Assembly (NCBI GenBank): GCA_963692865.2
Contig: OY843592.1
Coordinates: 1,888,001 to 1,952,000, forward strand
Length of the DNA: 64,000 nucleotides
Source of the DNA: a bacterium
Lineage (GTDB): Bacteria; UBA8248
Reading direction: 5' to 3'
A model generated the notes under the pieces. The model was not told where the DNA came from and made no database searches. It worked only from the letters and a program-made list of their open reading frames with translations. A program made the translations under genes and the position numbers. Positions 40,710 through 50,758 of this stretch are shown piece by piece. Every line of letters begins with the position of its first letter. Within the stretch, counting starts at the first letter, position 1.

Positions 40710-41075
40710 TTGCTGATATGGACGCATTTCATTCTGGCGGTGCTGGCGATAGGCCTCGGCGCCGTCAATCTCGCGTCGGCGAAGGGAACGCCCAGGCACC
40801 GCGTCATCGGCTGGTGCTGGATGGTCGTGATGACCTACGTCACGGTCTCGTCGTTCTGGATACGTGAACTCAACGACGGCGCGTTCAGCTGGATTCATAT
40901 TCTCACGGTCTGGACGATTTTCTGCATGGTGATGGCCGTGGTCTCGATACGGCGGGGAAACGTGCGGCGGCACGCGGCGTTCATGACGGGCACGATGATA
41001 GGCGCCCTCATCGCGGGCGGGTTCGCCATGATGCCCGGCAGGTTCATCAGCGGGCTTTTCGGATACGGCGGGTGA
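40710..41075 (+). CDS. DUF2306-like membrane protein
   Basis: KGTPRHRVIG, FSWIHIL, RRHAAFM, PGRF. Confidence 0.8.
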   Translation: MLIWTHFILAVLAIGLGAVNLASAKGTPRHRVIGWCWMVVMTYVTVSSFWIRELNDGAFSWIHILTVWTIFCMVMAVVSIRRGNVRRHAAFMTGTMIGALIAGGFAMMPGRFISGLFGYGG

Positions 41076-41233
41076 CCCGCCGGAAGCGCGAATGCGCCCG
41101 GTGAAGCAAGGAAGATGACGGCGGCGGGCCCCAAGCGGTAAACTGAAAGCGTCGCGCCGGCTACAGGGGCTGCACGAAAAGCCGTATTCTAAAAGAGTAC
41201 GCCAGTATCAAATACCGCCCTCGGGGAATCGAC

Positions 41234-44200
41234 ATGCCGTCTCCATTCGTTCATCTGCATCTACACTCCCAGTACAGCCTGCTCGACGGCACCACGCGAA
41301 TCGGCGATCTGGTGCAGCGCGCCGCCGAACTCGGCCAGCCGGCCGTGGCCCTCACCGACCACGGGAACATGTTCGGCGCGGTGAAGTTCTACGAGGCGGC
41401 GCGGAGGGCGGGCGTCAAGCCCATCATCGGCTGCGAGGTGTATGTCGCCCCCGGCAGCCGGCTCGACAAGGGCGCGACGAACGGCGGGGGACGCGCCTAC
41501 CACATGCTGCTGCTCGCCCAGAACCAGACGGGCTACAACAACCTGTGCGAGCTGGTCACGCGGGGCTTTACCGAGGGCATGTACTATTTCCCGAGAATCG
41601 ACCGCGAGCTTCTCGCCGGTCACGCCGAGGGCCTCATCTGCACGTCCGCCTGCCTGCGCGGGGAGGTGAACGACCATCTCCTGCACGGCCGCGAGGAGGC
41701 GGCGCGCGAGGCGGCCGGGTTCTACAAGGACCTCTTTCCGGGGCGCTACTACCTCGAACTCCAGGATCACGGCATGGAGGAGGACAAGCGGGTCATCCCG
41801 AGGGTCATCGCCCTCTCGAAGGAGATGGGCCTGCCCCTCGTCGCCACCAACGACGTGCATTATCTCGACAAGGGGGACCACGGCGCCCAGGAGGTGCTCA
41901 TCTGCATCCAGACGGGCAAGACGCTCAACGACCCCAACCGCATGAAGATCAAGAGCGAGGAGTTTTATCTCAAAAGCGCCGAGGAGATGGAGGCGCTCTT
42001 CGGCGAGGTCCCCGAAGCCCTCGCCAACACGCTCGCCATCGCCGAGCGATGCGATTTCGAGTTCACCTTCGGCGCGGCCCATTACCCGGATTTCGAGACC
42101 CCGGACGGCGCCGACAAGAAAGAATACCTGAGGCGCACCGCCGAGGAAGGGCTGGCGCGCAGGCTCTCGCAGTTCGGAATCGAGGGCGCCGAGGCGGAGC
42201 GCTACCGCGAGCGGCTCGATATGGAGCTCGAAGTCATCAACAGCCAGAACTACGAGGGTTACTTCCTCATCGTGTCCGATTTCATCCGCTACGCCAAGGA
42301 GCAGGGCATTCCCGTGGGCCCGGGCCGGGGCTCGGCGGCGGGCAGCCTGGCCGCCTACGCGCTGGGCATCACGGGCATCGACCCGCTCAGGTACTCCCTT
42401 CTCTTCGAGCGCTTCCTGAACCCCGAGCGCATCAGCCCGCCCGACGTGGACATCGACTTCTGCATGGACCGGCGCGACGAGGTCATCCGCTACGTGCAGG
42501 AGAAGTACGGACGCGAGAACGTGTGCCAGATCATCACCTTCGGGAGCATGCTGGCGAAGGGCGTCCTGCGGGACGTGGGCCGCGTGATGGACATGCCCTA
42601 CGGCGAGGTGGACCGCATCGCCAAGCTGGTGCCCAACGAACTCAAGATCACCCTCGACGACGCGATGAAGAAAGAACCGCGCCTGCGCGACACCGTGGCG
42701 CGCGACCCGAAGGTGGGCGAGTTGATGGGCACGGCCCGGAAACTCGAGGGCAACATCCGCCACGCGGGAACGCACGCGGCCGGCGTGGTCATCGCGCCGT
42801 CGAAGCTCACCGACTTCGTGCCGCTCTACAAGGCGTCGGGCGGGGAGATGATGACCCAGTTCGACATGAAGGACATCGAGGAGATCGGCCTCCTCAAGAT
42901 GGATTTCCTGGGTCTCAAGACGCTCACGGTGCTCGAGCGCGCCGTGAACCTCGTGCGCGACGGCGGCGGAGAGCTCGATTTGGAAACACTGACCCTGGAC
43001 GATGCGGCGACCTACCGCCTGCTCGCCGAGGGCAAGACGACCGGCATTTTCCAGCTCGAAAGCCGGGGCATTCGCGAGTATCTGAGGAAGCTCGTCCCCA
43101 CGACGTTCGAGGACCTGATCGCGATGGTGGCGCTCTACCGGCCCGGCCCGCTGGAGAGCGGCATGGTGGATGCCTTCATCAACAGAAAGCACGGGCGCGA
43201 GGAGATCGATTATTTCTTCGATGAACTCCAGACCATCCTCGAGGGCACCTACGGCGTCATGGTGTATCAGGAGCAGGTCATGCAGATATCGAACGCGCTC
43301 GCGGGCTTCTCCCTGGCGCGCGCGGACGTGCTGCGCAAGGCGATGGGCAAGAAGAGCCAGAAGCTCATGGCCGAGCAGCAGGCCGACTTCGTCGACGGGG
43401 CCGCCGCGCGCGGCCACGACAGGAGAAAGGTACAGTCCCTGTGGGATCAGATCGACAAGTTCGCGGGCTACGGCTTCAACAAGAGCCACAGCGCGGCCTA
43501 CGCCCTCATCGCCTACCGCACCGCCTACATGAAGACGCACCATCCGCGCGAGTTCATGTCGGCGCTTCTCACGTGCGACCGGGAGAACGCGGATAAGGTC
43601 ATCAAGGACATCGCCGAGTGCCGGAGCATGCAGATCGCCGTGCTCCCGCCGGACGTGAACGCCAGCCAGAAGGATTTCACGGTCGAGCGGGAGGCCATCC
43701 GCTTCGGTCTGGCCGCCGTGAAGAACGTGGGCGAGGGGCTGGTGGACGCCGTGCTGGCCGGCCGGAACGAGGAGGGTCCGTTCAGGGACCTGGGTGATTT
43801 CTGCAGGCGCGTGGAGCATCGGCATCTCAACCGGCGGGCGCTGGAGAGCCTCATCAAGGCGGCCGCCTTCGACTCTCTGGGCGTGGGACGCGCGCAGGCG
43901 ACGGCTTCTTTGGACATCGTGCTCGAAGCCGCTGTTCGCGAACAGAAAAGCGCCGCCGTGGGGCAGGGCTCCCTCTTCGGCGGGGACGAGGCCGCGAGGA
44001 ACGCGCTTCACCTGCCCGAGGTGGCCGAGTGGGAGGACGGGATGCGTCTGGCCAGCGAGCGCGAGGTGCTGGGCTTTTACGTTTCAGGACACCCGCTGGA
44101 TGATCACAAGGAAATCGTCGAGCGCTTCGCCAACATCGACACGCTGCGCCTCGCCGACGTCACGAGCGCGCGCAAACTCATGATGGCCGGCCTCATCCGC

Positions 44201-44665
44201 TCCTCCAGGCTGCGCACCACGCGCTCGGGTCGGCGGATGGCGAACTTCGTCCTGGAGGATCAGGTCGGCACGGCGGAGATGACGCTGTTTCCCGACGTGT
44301 TCGAGGAATGCCATGAAATCCTCGAGAGCGAGGAGCCCGTTCTCGTCGAAGGCGTGGCCGAGGTGTCCGACGACGGGGTGCAGGTGGTGGTGCGCGCCAT
44401 CGAGCCTTTGTCCGGCGTGGAGGTGAAACGCGCGAGCAGGGTGCTGGTCGATCTGGAGCCCGGGTGCCGCACGCCGAACCGCCTGCAATCCATCCGCGAC
44501 GTGCTGGCCCGGCATCCGGGCAACTGCGCCGTGCTCTTCACGCTCAGGTTCCCCGAACAGGAGGTGCGCATCGAGGCGGGCGGGGAATTCGTGGTGGCGC
44601 CGACGGCGGAACTGACCGGGGAACTGGGTGATCTGGTGGGCGCGGGAGCCGTTCGTTTTGAGTAA
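41234..44665 (+). CDS. dnaE: DNA polymerase III alpha subunit
   Basis: HLHLHSQYSLLDG, GPGRGSAAGS, PDVDIDF, KMDFLGL, YGFNKSH. Confidence 0.98.
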   Translation: MPSPFVHLHLHSQYSLLDGTTRIGDLVQRAAELGQPAVALTDHGNMFGAVKFYEAARRAGVKPIIGCEVYVAPGSRLDKGATNGGGRAYHMLLLAQNQTGYNNLCELVTRGFTEGMYYFPRIDRELLAGHAEGLICTSACLRGEVNDHLLHGREEAAREAAGFYKDLFPGRYYLELQDHGMEEDKRVIPRVIALSKEMGLPLVATNDVHYLDKGDHGAQEVLICIQTGKTLNDPNRMKIKSEEFYLKSAEEMEALFGEVPEALANTLAIAERCDFEFTFGAAHYPDFETPDGADKKEYLRRTAEEGLARRLSQFGIEGAEAERYRERLDMELEVINSQNYEGYFLIVSDFIRYAKEQGIPVGPGRGSAAGSLAAYALGITGIDPLRYSLLFERFLNPERISPPDVDIDFCMDRRDEVIRYVQEKYGRENVCQIITFGSMLAKGVLRDVGRVMDMPYGEVDRIAKLVPNELKITLDDAMKKEPRLRDTVARDPKVGELMGTARKLEGNIRHAGTHAAGVVIAPSKLTDFVPLYKASGGEMMTQFDMKDIEEIGLLKMDFLGLKTLTVLERAVNLVRDGGGELDLETLTLDDAATYRLLAEGKTTGIFQLESRGIREYLRKLVPTTFEDLIAMVALYRPGPLESGMVDAFINRKHGREEIDYFFDELQTILEGTYGVMVYQEQVMQISNALAGFSLARADVLRKAMGKKSQKLMAEQQADFVDGAAARGHDRRKVQSLWDQIDKFAGYGFNKSHSAAYALIAYRTAYMKTHHPREFMSALLTCDRENADKVIKDIAECRSMQIAVLPPDVNASQKDFTVEREAIRFGLAAVKNVGEGLVDAVLAGRNEEGPFRDLGDFCRRVEHRHLNRRALESLIKAAAFDSLGVGRAQATASLDIVLEAAVREQKSAAVGQGSLFGGDEAARNALHLPEVAEWEDGMRLASEREVLGFYVSGHPLDDHKEIVERFANIDTLRLADVTSARKLMMAGLIRSSRLRTTRSGRRMANFVLEDQVGTAEMTLFPDVFEECHEILESEEPVLVEGVAEVSDDGVQVVVRAIEPLSGVEVKRASRVLVDLEPGCRTPNRLQSIRDVLARHPGNCAVLFTLRFPEQEVRIEAGGEFVVAPTAELTGELGDLVGAGAVRFE

Positions 44666-45359
44666 ACCATCCATCAGGGCCGCCTTCCTGGGGCGGGTGG
44701 CGTTCGGCGAGGCCTGGGACCTGCAAAAGCGCCTGTGGACGGAGCGCGCCGAGGGCGGCCTGAAGCAGGACGTTTTTCTCTTTCTGGAGCACGACCCGGT
44801 CATGACGCTGGGCAGGGGGGGGAGCGAGGCGAACGTGCTTCTGAGGCGCTCGCCCGTCGATGGCGCTGAGGTTCCCCTCGTGCGGATCAACCGGGGCGGG
44901 GAGGTGACCTTTCACGGTCCGGGCCAGTTGATGCTCTACGCCATATGCGACCTCCGCGAGCGGGAGCGCGACGTGCACCTTCACTGCAGGCGGCTGGAGG
45001 AGGTCTTTCGGCGCTATCTGGAGAAGAGGGGGTTTCGCGCCGAGAGAAAGCCGGGAAATCCGGGCCTCTGGGTGGGCGGTGAGAAAATTCTCGCCCTGGG
45101 CGTGGGCGCGAGGCGCTGGGTGACGATGCACGGGGTTTCGTTCAACGCATCGCCCGATCTTCGATATTTCGAGATGATGCACCCCTGCGGCGAGGTGGGC
45201 GGACGCACGACTTCCCTCGAAAAGCTCCTGGGGGATTCACCGCCGCTGCCGGAACTCGCACAGGATTTGATGCCCATCTGCGCGGACGTGTTCGATGCGC
45301 GCGTCGTGATGGAAGCCGACCCGGCGCGGGTCGCAGGAGCTCTCCCCGGTGTTTCATGA
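44658..45359 (+). CDS. lipB: Lipoyl(octanoyl) transferase
   Basis: LEHDPVMTLG, RGGEVTFHGPGQL, HGVSFN, PCG. Confidence 0.92.
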   Translation: MSKPSIRAAFLGRVAFGEAWDLQKRLWTERAEGGLKQDVFLFLEHDPVMTLGRGGSEANVLLRRSPVDGAEVPLVRINRGGEVTFHGPGQLMLYAICDLRERERDVHLHCRRLEEVFRRYLEKRGFRAERKPGNPGLWVGGEKILALGVGARRWVTMHGVSFNASPDLRYFEMMHPCGEVGGRTTSLEKLLGDSPPLPELAQDLMPICADVFDARVVMEADPARVAGALPGVS

Positions 45360-46173
45360 ACTGAAAAATTCAACAAGCGGGAAGTGGGCCTTCGCGGTGA
45401 GTCTGGCGGGCGTCTTGGCGCTGCTCGCCGCGGCGCAGGCTTCCGCGGCCATGAGTTTCGCCGAATGGGGCTTTACGGCCAGGGCTTGGGAACTCCTGAA
45501 GAAGGGGGGGTACACGATGATCCCCCTGGGGCTGTGCTCGGTCGTCGCGCTCATGGTGACGCTCGAACGCCTCGTTTCTCTCCGGCGAAAGAAAGTCCTG
45601 CCTGACGCCTTGGTGAGTGCTTCCGAGAGATATTGGAGGAGCGGTGATTTCGAGGCGGCCGCCGGTATCTGCGAGCGGTTCGACTCGCCGCTCGCCCGCG
45701 TTTTGCAGGCGGGTCTGGCGAGGCGGAGGCTGGGGCTTGGCGAGATGGAGCGCGCCATGGTCGGCGCGGGCCGGCACGAATCGAGCGTCTTGTCGCGCAA
45801 CCTGCGCGGTTTGGGCGTCATCGCGAACCTGGCGCCGATGCTGGGCCTGTTCGGCACCGTCGTGGGGATGATTCGCGCCTTCGACGTCATCAGCCGCGCC
45901 GGGACGGGGAACCCGAACCTCGTGGCCGAGGGGATATCCGAAGCGCTTCTGACGACGGCGGCGGGCCTTTTGATAGGCATTCCCGCCCTCGCGGCGTATC
46001 ATTTTTTCCGTTCGCGCAGCGGCCGCCTCCTGTTCGAGATGGAATCGGTGGCTCTGGCTCTGCTGCAGAACCTTGCGGCGCAATCCGGTGAACCCGGCGA
46101 AAACACCGATGATGCGCTCCACGACGAGGCGCATGGCTTGGAGAGCCTGAGTCCGCGGCGCGAGGATATGTGA
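45349..46173 (+). CDS. MotA/TolQ/ExbB proton channel protein
   Basis: APMLGLFGTVVGMI, GISEALLTTAAGL. Confidence 0.92.
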   Translation: MFHELKNSTSGKWAFAVSLAGVLALLAAAQASAAMSFAEWGFTARAWELLKKGGYTMIPLGLCSVVALMVTLERLVSLRRKKVLPDALVSASERYWRSGDFEAAAGICERFDSPLARVLQAGLARRRLGLGEMERAMVGAGRHESSVLSRNLRGLGVIANLAPMLGLFGTVVGMIRAFDVISRAGTGNPNLVAEGISEALLTTAAGLLIGIPALAAYHFFRSRSGRLLFEMESVALALLQNLAAQSGEPGENTDDALHDEAHGLESLSPRREDM

Positions 46174-46575
46174 ATGCGCTTTCAGGGCGATTCGGAAGAG
46201 GATTACAGCCTCCAGCTCACCTCGCTCATAGACGTCGTCTTCTTGCTCCTCATTTTTTTCATGGTTTCGACATCTTTCGTGGATTTCACCCGCAGGCTCG
46301 ACATCGAACTGCCCGAGGCGAAGTCGAGCGCCGAAATTGTGGAGAAAAAATCGTTTCTCATCGAAGTCGGCGCGGAGAAGCGAATCTCCCTGAACGGAAA
46401 GACGGTGCCGCTCGATGATTTGGAAAGCGAGTTGAAGGCGGGGGTCGAGAGCGGGAAGTTCAAACCCACCCTCACGATCAAGGCGGACAAGCGCCTCGAC
46501 TACGGCTACGTGATCAAGGTGATGGGTCTCATCTCCCAAGCGGGCGTTCGGGACATCTCGCTGGCCACGAAATAG
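46174..46575 (+). CDS. ExbD/TolR family protein
   Basis: LTSLIDVVFLLLIFFMV, IKADK. Confidence 0.92.
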   Translation: MRFQGDSEEDYSLQLTSLIDVVFLLLIFFMVSTSFVDFTRRLDIELPEAKSSAEIVEKKSFLIEVGAEKRISLNGKTVPLDDLESELKAGVESGKFKPTLTIKADKRLDYGYVIKVMGLISQAGVRDISLATK

Positions 46576-46680
46576 CGCTGAAACGGGTTTCAAGCGGTCA
46601 AGCGGGGCGTGAAACATCCGGCCTGTTTTTCATGTTGGAGAAAAAGCGTGAACTCAAGGCGGGCCGATTCCACGGTTTCC

Positions 46681-47310
46681 ATGCCGCGCAAGGCCGAAAC
46701 CACGACGCGCGTTTTTCTGCTCAGGCACGGCGCGGCCGAGGGCTCGAAAGAGGGGTTTTTCTACGGCAGCACCGATGCGCCGCTCCTCGCCGAGGGCGAG
46801 GCGCAGGTTCGTGAAGCGGCGGCGCGCGTCCGGGGCTGGCTCATGGAGAGCGAAACCGCCCTTTACGCCAGCTCGCTCACCCGCTCCGTGAAGACGGCGG
46901 AAATTCTGTCCGACATGATGGGGTTGGGACTAAAACCCATCATCGTTCCCGATATTTCAGAACTTCACCTGGGCGATTGGGAGGGTGAAACGCACGCCAC
47001 TCTCGAGGAAAAAGACCCCGAGCGCCTGGACGCGCATTACGAGAATTTCGTGCACTCCAAACCGCCAGGCGGCGGGGAATCCGTGGCCGAACTCGCCGCG
47101 CGCGTCTTGCCCGCGTATCAAGGCATCTGCGAGAGGGAGAAGAACAAGAACGTCATCGTCTGCGCCCATGCGGCGGTGAACCGGGTGATTCTGTGCGACG
47201 CGCTGGGCGCCCCGCTAGAGAGCTTTTTCCGGCTGGAGCAGGATTTTGCGGCTTTGAACGTAATCGACCTGGACGAAGACACGCCCCTCGTCCGCGCGAT
47301 GAACATTTGA
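46681..47310 (+). CDS. Histidine phosphatase family protein (CobC/GpmB-like)
   Basis: LLRHG, SSLTRS, ELHLGDWEG, GGES, CAHAAVNR. Confidence 0.88.
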   Translation: MPRKAETTTRVFLLRHGAAEGSKEGFFYGSTDAPLLAEGEAQVREAAARVRGWLMESETALYASSLTRSVKTAEILSDMMGLGLKPIIVPDISELHLGDWEGETHATLEEKDPERLDAHYENFVHSKPPGGGESVAELAARVLPAYQGICEREKNKNVIVCAHAAVNRVILCDALGAPLESFFRLEQDFAALNVIDLDEDTPLVRAMNI

Positions 47311-47374
47311 CGCGCCGCACGCCTTGGGTGCAGGCATTGCATGGCACAACCCCAACGACGCTTACCGCGAAAAA

Positions 47375-47800
47375 TCACTCGGGATTTTCTTTTCCCGCCG
47401 CTTCGGCCATGGCCGATAGGATGTCCGTCTGAGAGAAATCATTGCCCTTGAACAAGAGCGGGGCATCCAGATACTTGGCCAAGGCGTAGGAAAAGCAGTC
47501 GCCATAGTTCAGGGCGCCGCCGTGGCCTGTTCCCTTCCCGAAGCGCCTGTAAGCGTCGAAGGCAATATCGGCGATTCGAGGCGATACTTCCATGACGGTC
47601 GTGCCGCTCTTCTGGAAATAAGCGTCCAACGCCAAGATTGCGCTGTCATCGAAACGGGCGAACAAAATCATGCGGGTTTCAAGCAGATTGGCGGCGCTGA
47701 TGCAGGTGACCGCAGCTTTTTCAATCAGTTCATTGAAGGCGCGTCTTTCGGGTTCATCGCCCATAATGGCGATGAGCGCAGATGTGTCGATGACAATCAC
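47375..47800 (-). CDS. vapC: Type II toxin VapC (PIN domain)
   Basis: VIDTSAL, FGKGTGH, LNYGDCFSYALAK, LLFKGNDFSQTD. Confidence 0.93.
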   Translation of the reverse strand: MIVIDTSALIAIMGDEPERRAFNELIEKAAVTCISAANLLETRMILFARFDDSAILALDAYFQKSGTTVMEVSPRIADIAFDAYRRFGKGTGHGGALNYGDCFSYALAKYLDAPLLFKGNDFSQTDILSAMAEAAGKENPE

Positions 47801-48054
47801 GCGGGCAAGCCGCTTTCGTCATACCCGATAATATCATCACCGCTTCGCTCATCTCGCCTCGGGAGCTTGGCGCAATAGAGGGCGATGCGGTCCAGTTCAT
47901 CGGCAAGCGGAGTCCCGCCCTGCATTTTCTCCACTTGGGCCAGCTTCTCCTGTATGGCGCGCTTTACAGCCTTGGCCATGGATTCCCCTGTGAGACTCGC
48001 GAGCCTTTTCGCCAGCGCGTGGGTGTCGTCGTCTTTGATATTGAGTGGCATCAT
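47797..48054 (-). CDS. vapB: Type II antitoxin VapB
   Basis: LNIKD..HALAKRLA..TGES, GYDESGLP; overlaps vapC. Confidence 0.9.
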   Translation of the reverse strand: MMPLNIKDDDTHALAKRLASLTGESMAKAVKRAIQEKLAQVEKMQGGTPLADELDRIALYCAKLPRRDERSGDDIIGYDESGLPA

Positions 48055-48160
48055 TTATTCCTCCATCAGATAATTATAGGAGGAATGGAGGAAAAGTCAA
48101 TCCTGCTTCAAAATTCATATGAAAGCCCAAATCATCTCACCGCAGGAAGCTCCCGAATCC

Positions 48161-49129
48161 TTACTTCCCCCTGAAGGCCTTGATGATCGCGGCGCCATCC
48201 TCGCCTGCGGCCCTGATCCATTCGGCGGACATGGTTTCGCCGATTCTGGCGAGATCGGCGGCGAGGCGCTTCCCCGGCCGCTGCACGCTCATGCCGTTGG
48301 CGGCGAGTTGTTCGAGATAAAAGCCGGTCAACTCGCGCGCCCGCGCGGTTCCCGCCGCTTCGGCCGGCAGCGCCGCCGAGCGCAGGCAGTTTCGGGCATG
48401 GGCGTCGAGCGCCTCGAAGGCGCGCTTGTTCGCGAACACGTAGTTGCGCGGCAACCAGGCGCGCAGATCGTAGAAATGGCTCACGTGTCTCCAGAGTTTG
48501 AGCTCATAGGCGGCAGCGCTCGAGGAGGCGAAGGCCTCCACCGCGCCGCTCGCAAGCGCCGGTTTGAGCTCGGCGAATTCGATGTGGACTGAAGGCATTC
48601 CGACGAGCTGCGCCAACCGCGCCGTGGCGGCGTTGTAGGCGCGGAACTTGATTCCCCGCATGTCGGCGACGCCGCCTATCGCGCGTTTGAAATACATCCC
48701 CTGCGGCGGCCAGGGGACGGAGTAGAGCAGCACGAGGTTCTGCGCGGCGAGAATCTTCGCCAGCCGGCTTCTGGCCGACCGCCAGAGTCTATCGGACGCC
48801 TCGAAGGACGTGGCCAGCAGCGGCACGGAATCGAACCCGAAGACGGCGTTTTCGGTCTCGTGCGCGCTCAGCAGCCGCTCGCCGATGGGCGCCTTCCCGC
48901 TTTGTACGGCGCGCTTGATCTCCCCGCCCTTGATGAGAGAACCGCCCCCATGCACCACGATGTCGAGCTTCCCCCCGGTGCATACGCCCACCGCCTCGGC
49001 GAAGAGTTTTGCGTTTTGCGTTTGATAGCTGGCGTCTCCATACGCCGTCGGCATGTTCCATTTCTCCGCCGCATGGGCCGCGCCCGCCCAAAGGAGCAGG
49101 CCCGCGGCCAGTCCCGTCAGCCATTTCAT
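48161..49129 (-). CDS. TRAP transporter substrate-binding protein (DctP family), orphan
   Basis: Signal peptide, WNMPTAY, LYSVPWPPQG, GIKFRAYN. Confidence 0.88.
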   Translation of the reverse strand: MKWLTGLAAGLLLWAGAAHAAEKWNMPTAYGDASYQTQNAKLFAEAVGVCTGGKLDIVVHGGGSLIKGGEIKRAVQSGKAPIGERLLSAHETENAVFGFDSVPLLATSFEASDRLWRSARSRLAKILAAQNLVLLYSVPWPPQGMYFKRAIGGVADMRGIKFRAYNAATARLAQLVGMPSVHIEFAELKPALASGAVEAFASSSAAAYELKLWRHVSHFYDLRAWLPRNYVFANKRAFEALDAHARNCLRSAALPAEAAGTARARELTGFYLEQLAANGMSVQRPGKRLAADLARIGETMSAEWIRAAGEDGAAIIKAFRGK

Positions 49130-49258
49130 GCTCGAATCCCCCGTGGTGTGGATACAGTGATAATCGTCGTTTTTATCGAGATGTGCGCTCATATTTTTCG
49201 TTATTCTATACTACAATCCTTATCCGAGGACCCTCATATCTTCCCTTTGGAGGGTCCC

Positions 49259-50557
49259 GTGCAACTCATCGAGAAAATCAGAAAAAAACAGGCAATCGTA
49301 TGCGTGATGGGTTTGGGGCACGTCGGACTCCCGCTCACGCTCGAATTCGTGCGCGCGGGCTACCGGGTCGCCGGTCTGGACACGGACCCCCGCCGCGTTC
49401 GCGGCCTGCGAGTGGCGAAGAGCCACATTCTGGATGTCTCCTCTCAAAATCTGGCTGACGCGTTGGGGACGAACCGGCTGGCGTTCACCTGCGATCATCG
49501 AGCGCTTGCGGAGGCCGACGCGATCAGCATTTGCGTCCCCACGCCGTTGGACAAGGCCGGCGACCCGGATTTGTCATTCGTTCAATCCGCGTTCGAGAGC
49601 ATCCGGCGGCACGGGCGGCGAGGGCAACTCTACGTGCTCGAGAGCACCACCTATCCGGGAACGACCGAGGAAATCGTTCTGCCCTTCTTGTCGGAAAAGG
49701 GCTGGGAGGCAGGCAAGGATTTCTACCTCGCTTTCTCGCCCGGGCGCGTCGATCCCGGAAACGAGCGCTACGCCACGAGGCGCATACCAAAAATCGTGGG
49801 CGGCATGACGCGGGAGTGCGCCGATTTCGCCTGCGCCTTGTATGAGTGCGCCGTCGAGCAAGTCGTGCGGGTCGCCTCGCCCAGGGTCGCGGAGATGGCG
49901 AAAATGCTCGAAAACACCTTTCGCAGCGTCAACATCGCCCTGGTGAACGAGGTGGCGAAGATATGCCGTGTCCTCGACCTGGACGTCTGGGAGGTGATCG
50001 AGGCGGCGAAGACGAAGCCTTTCGGCTTCATGCCTTTCTACCCCGGGCCGGGCCTGGGAGGGCATTGCCTTCCCGTGGACCCCGTTTACCTGTCATGGAA
50101 GGCGCGCCAGGCGGGATTCGAGGCGAAGTTCATCGAACTGGCGGATGAGGTGAACAAATCGATGCCTCATTTCGTCGTGGAACTCACGGCCAGGGCTCTG
50201 AGCGAGACGGGCAAGACGATCAAAGGCGCGAGGATTCTGCTGGCGGGGGTGACGTATAAGGCGGACGTGTCCGATATCCGGGATAGTCCCGCGCTGGACG
50301 TCTGGCTCGGTCTGGAGCGTTTGGGAGCGGGCGTCTTTTATTCAGACCCCAATGTGCCGGACATCGACGCTCCTCCGATAAGAGCGCATTCGCGGCCCGT
50401 CAGCGCCGATTCGCTGCGTGAATACGATTGCGTGGTCGTGCTCGCGAACCACAAATCGCTGGACAGAGAGAGCATCCACGCCCATGCGAACTGCATCGTG
50501 GATACGCGCAACGCCTTCGCGGATTTCGGGCCTAACGAGCGTTTGTTCAAACTTTAG
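49259..50557 (+). CDS. Nucleotide-sugar dehydrogenase (WecC/TviB-like)
   Basis: GLGHVGLP, ICVPTP, LESTTYPGTT, KMLENTFRSVNIA, PGPGLGGHC. Confidence 0.93.
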   Translation: MQLIEKIRKKQAIVCVMGLGHVGLPLTLEFVRAGYRVAGLDTDPRRVRGLRVAKSHILDVSSQNLADALGTNRLAFTCDHRALAEADAISICVPTPLDKAGDPDLSFVQSAFESIRRHGRRGQLYVLESTTYPGTTEEIVLPFLSEKGWEAGKDFYLAFSPGRVDPGNERYATRRIPKIVGGMTRECADFACALYECAVEQVVRVASPRVAEMAKMLENTFRSVNIALVNEVAKICRVLDLDVWEVIEAAKTKPFGFMPFYPGPGLGGHCLPVDPVYLSWKARQAGFEAKFIELADEVNKSMPHFVVELTARALSETGKTIKGARILLAGVTYKADVSDIRDSPALDVWLGLERLGAGVFYSDPNVPDIDAPPIRAHSRPVSADSLREYDCVVVLANHKSLDRESIHAHANCIVDTRNAFADFGPNERLFKL

Positions 50558-50758
50558 GGCGCTCTCTTTGTGGCGAGGAATTTGCGTTGATGCGGTGTGT
50601 CGCCTTAAGAATATAAAAAACAATGAGGTGTGTGGTTTTCTGTCTTCCGCGAAAATTCCACCCGAGGTGGTTGACATCGTCCGTCCATCTGGGGTTTATA
50701 TACACCTTCGTCTTCTCCAGAGAAGATTCTTTGTAGGCCGAACGAGAGAAAAGAACCG

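Noticed and set aside
44027-44034. Second GAGTGGGA as attR of a guaA island
   Set aside because: It lies inside intact dnaE coding sequence (EWE codons), so it is a chance match.
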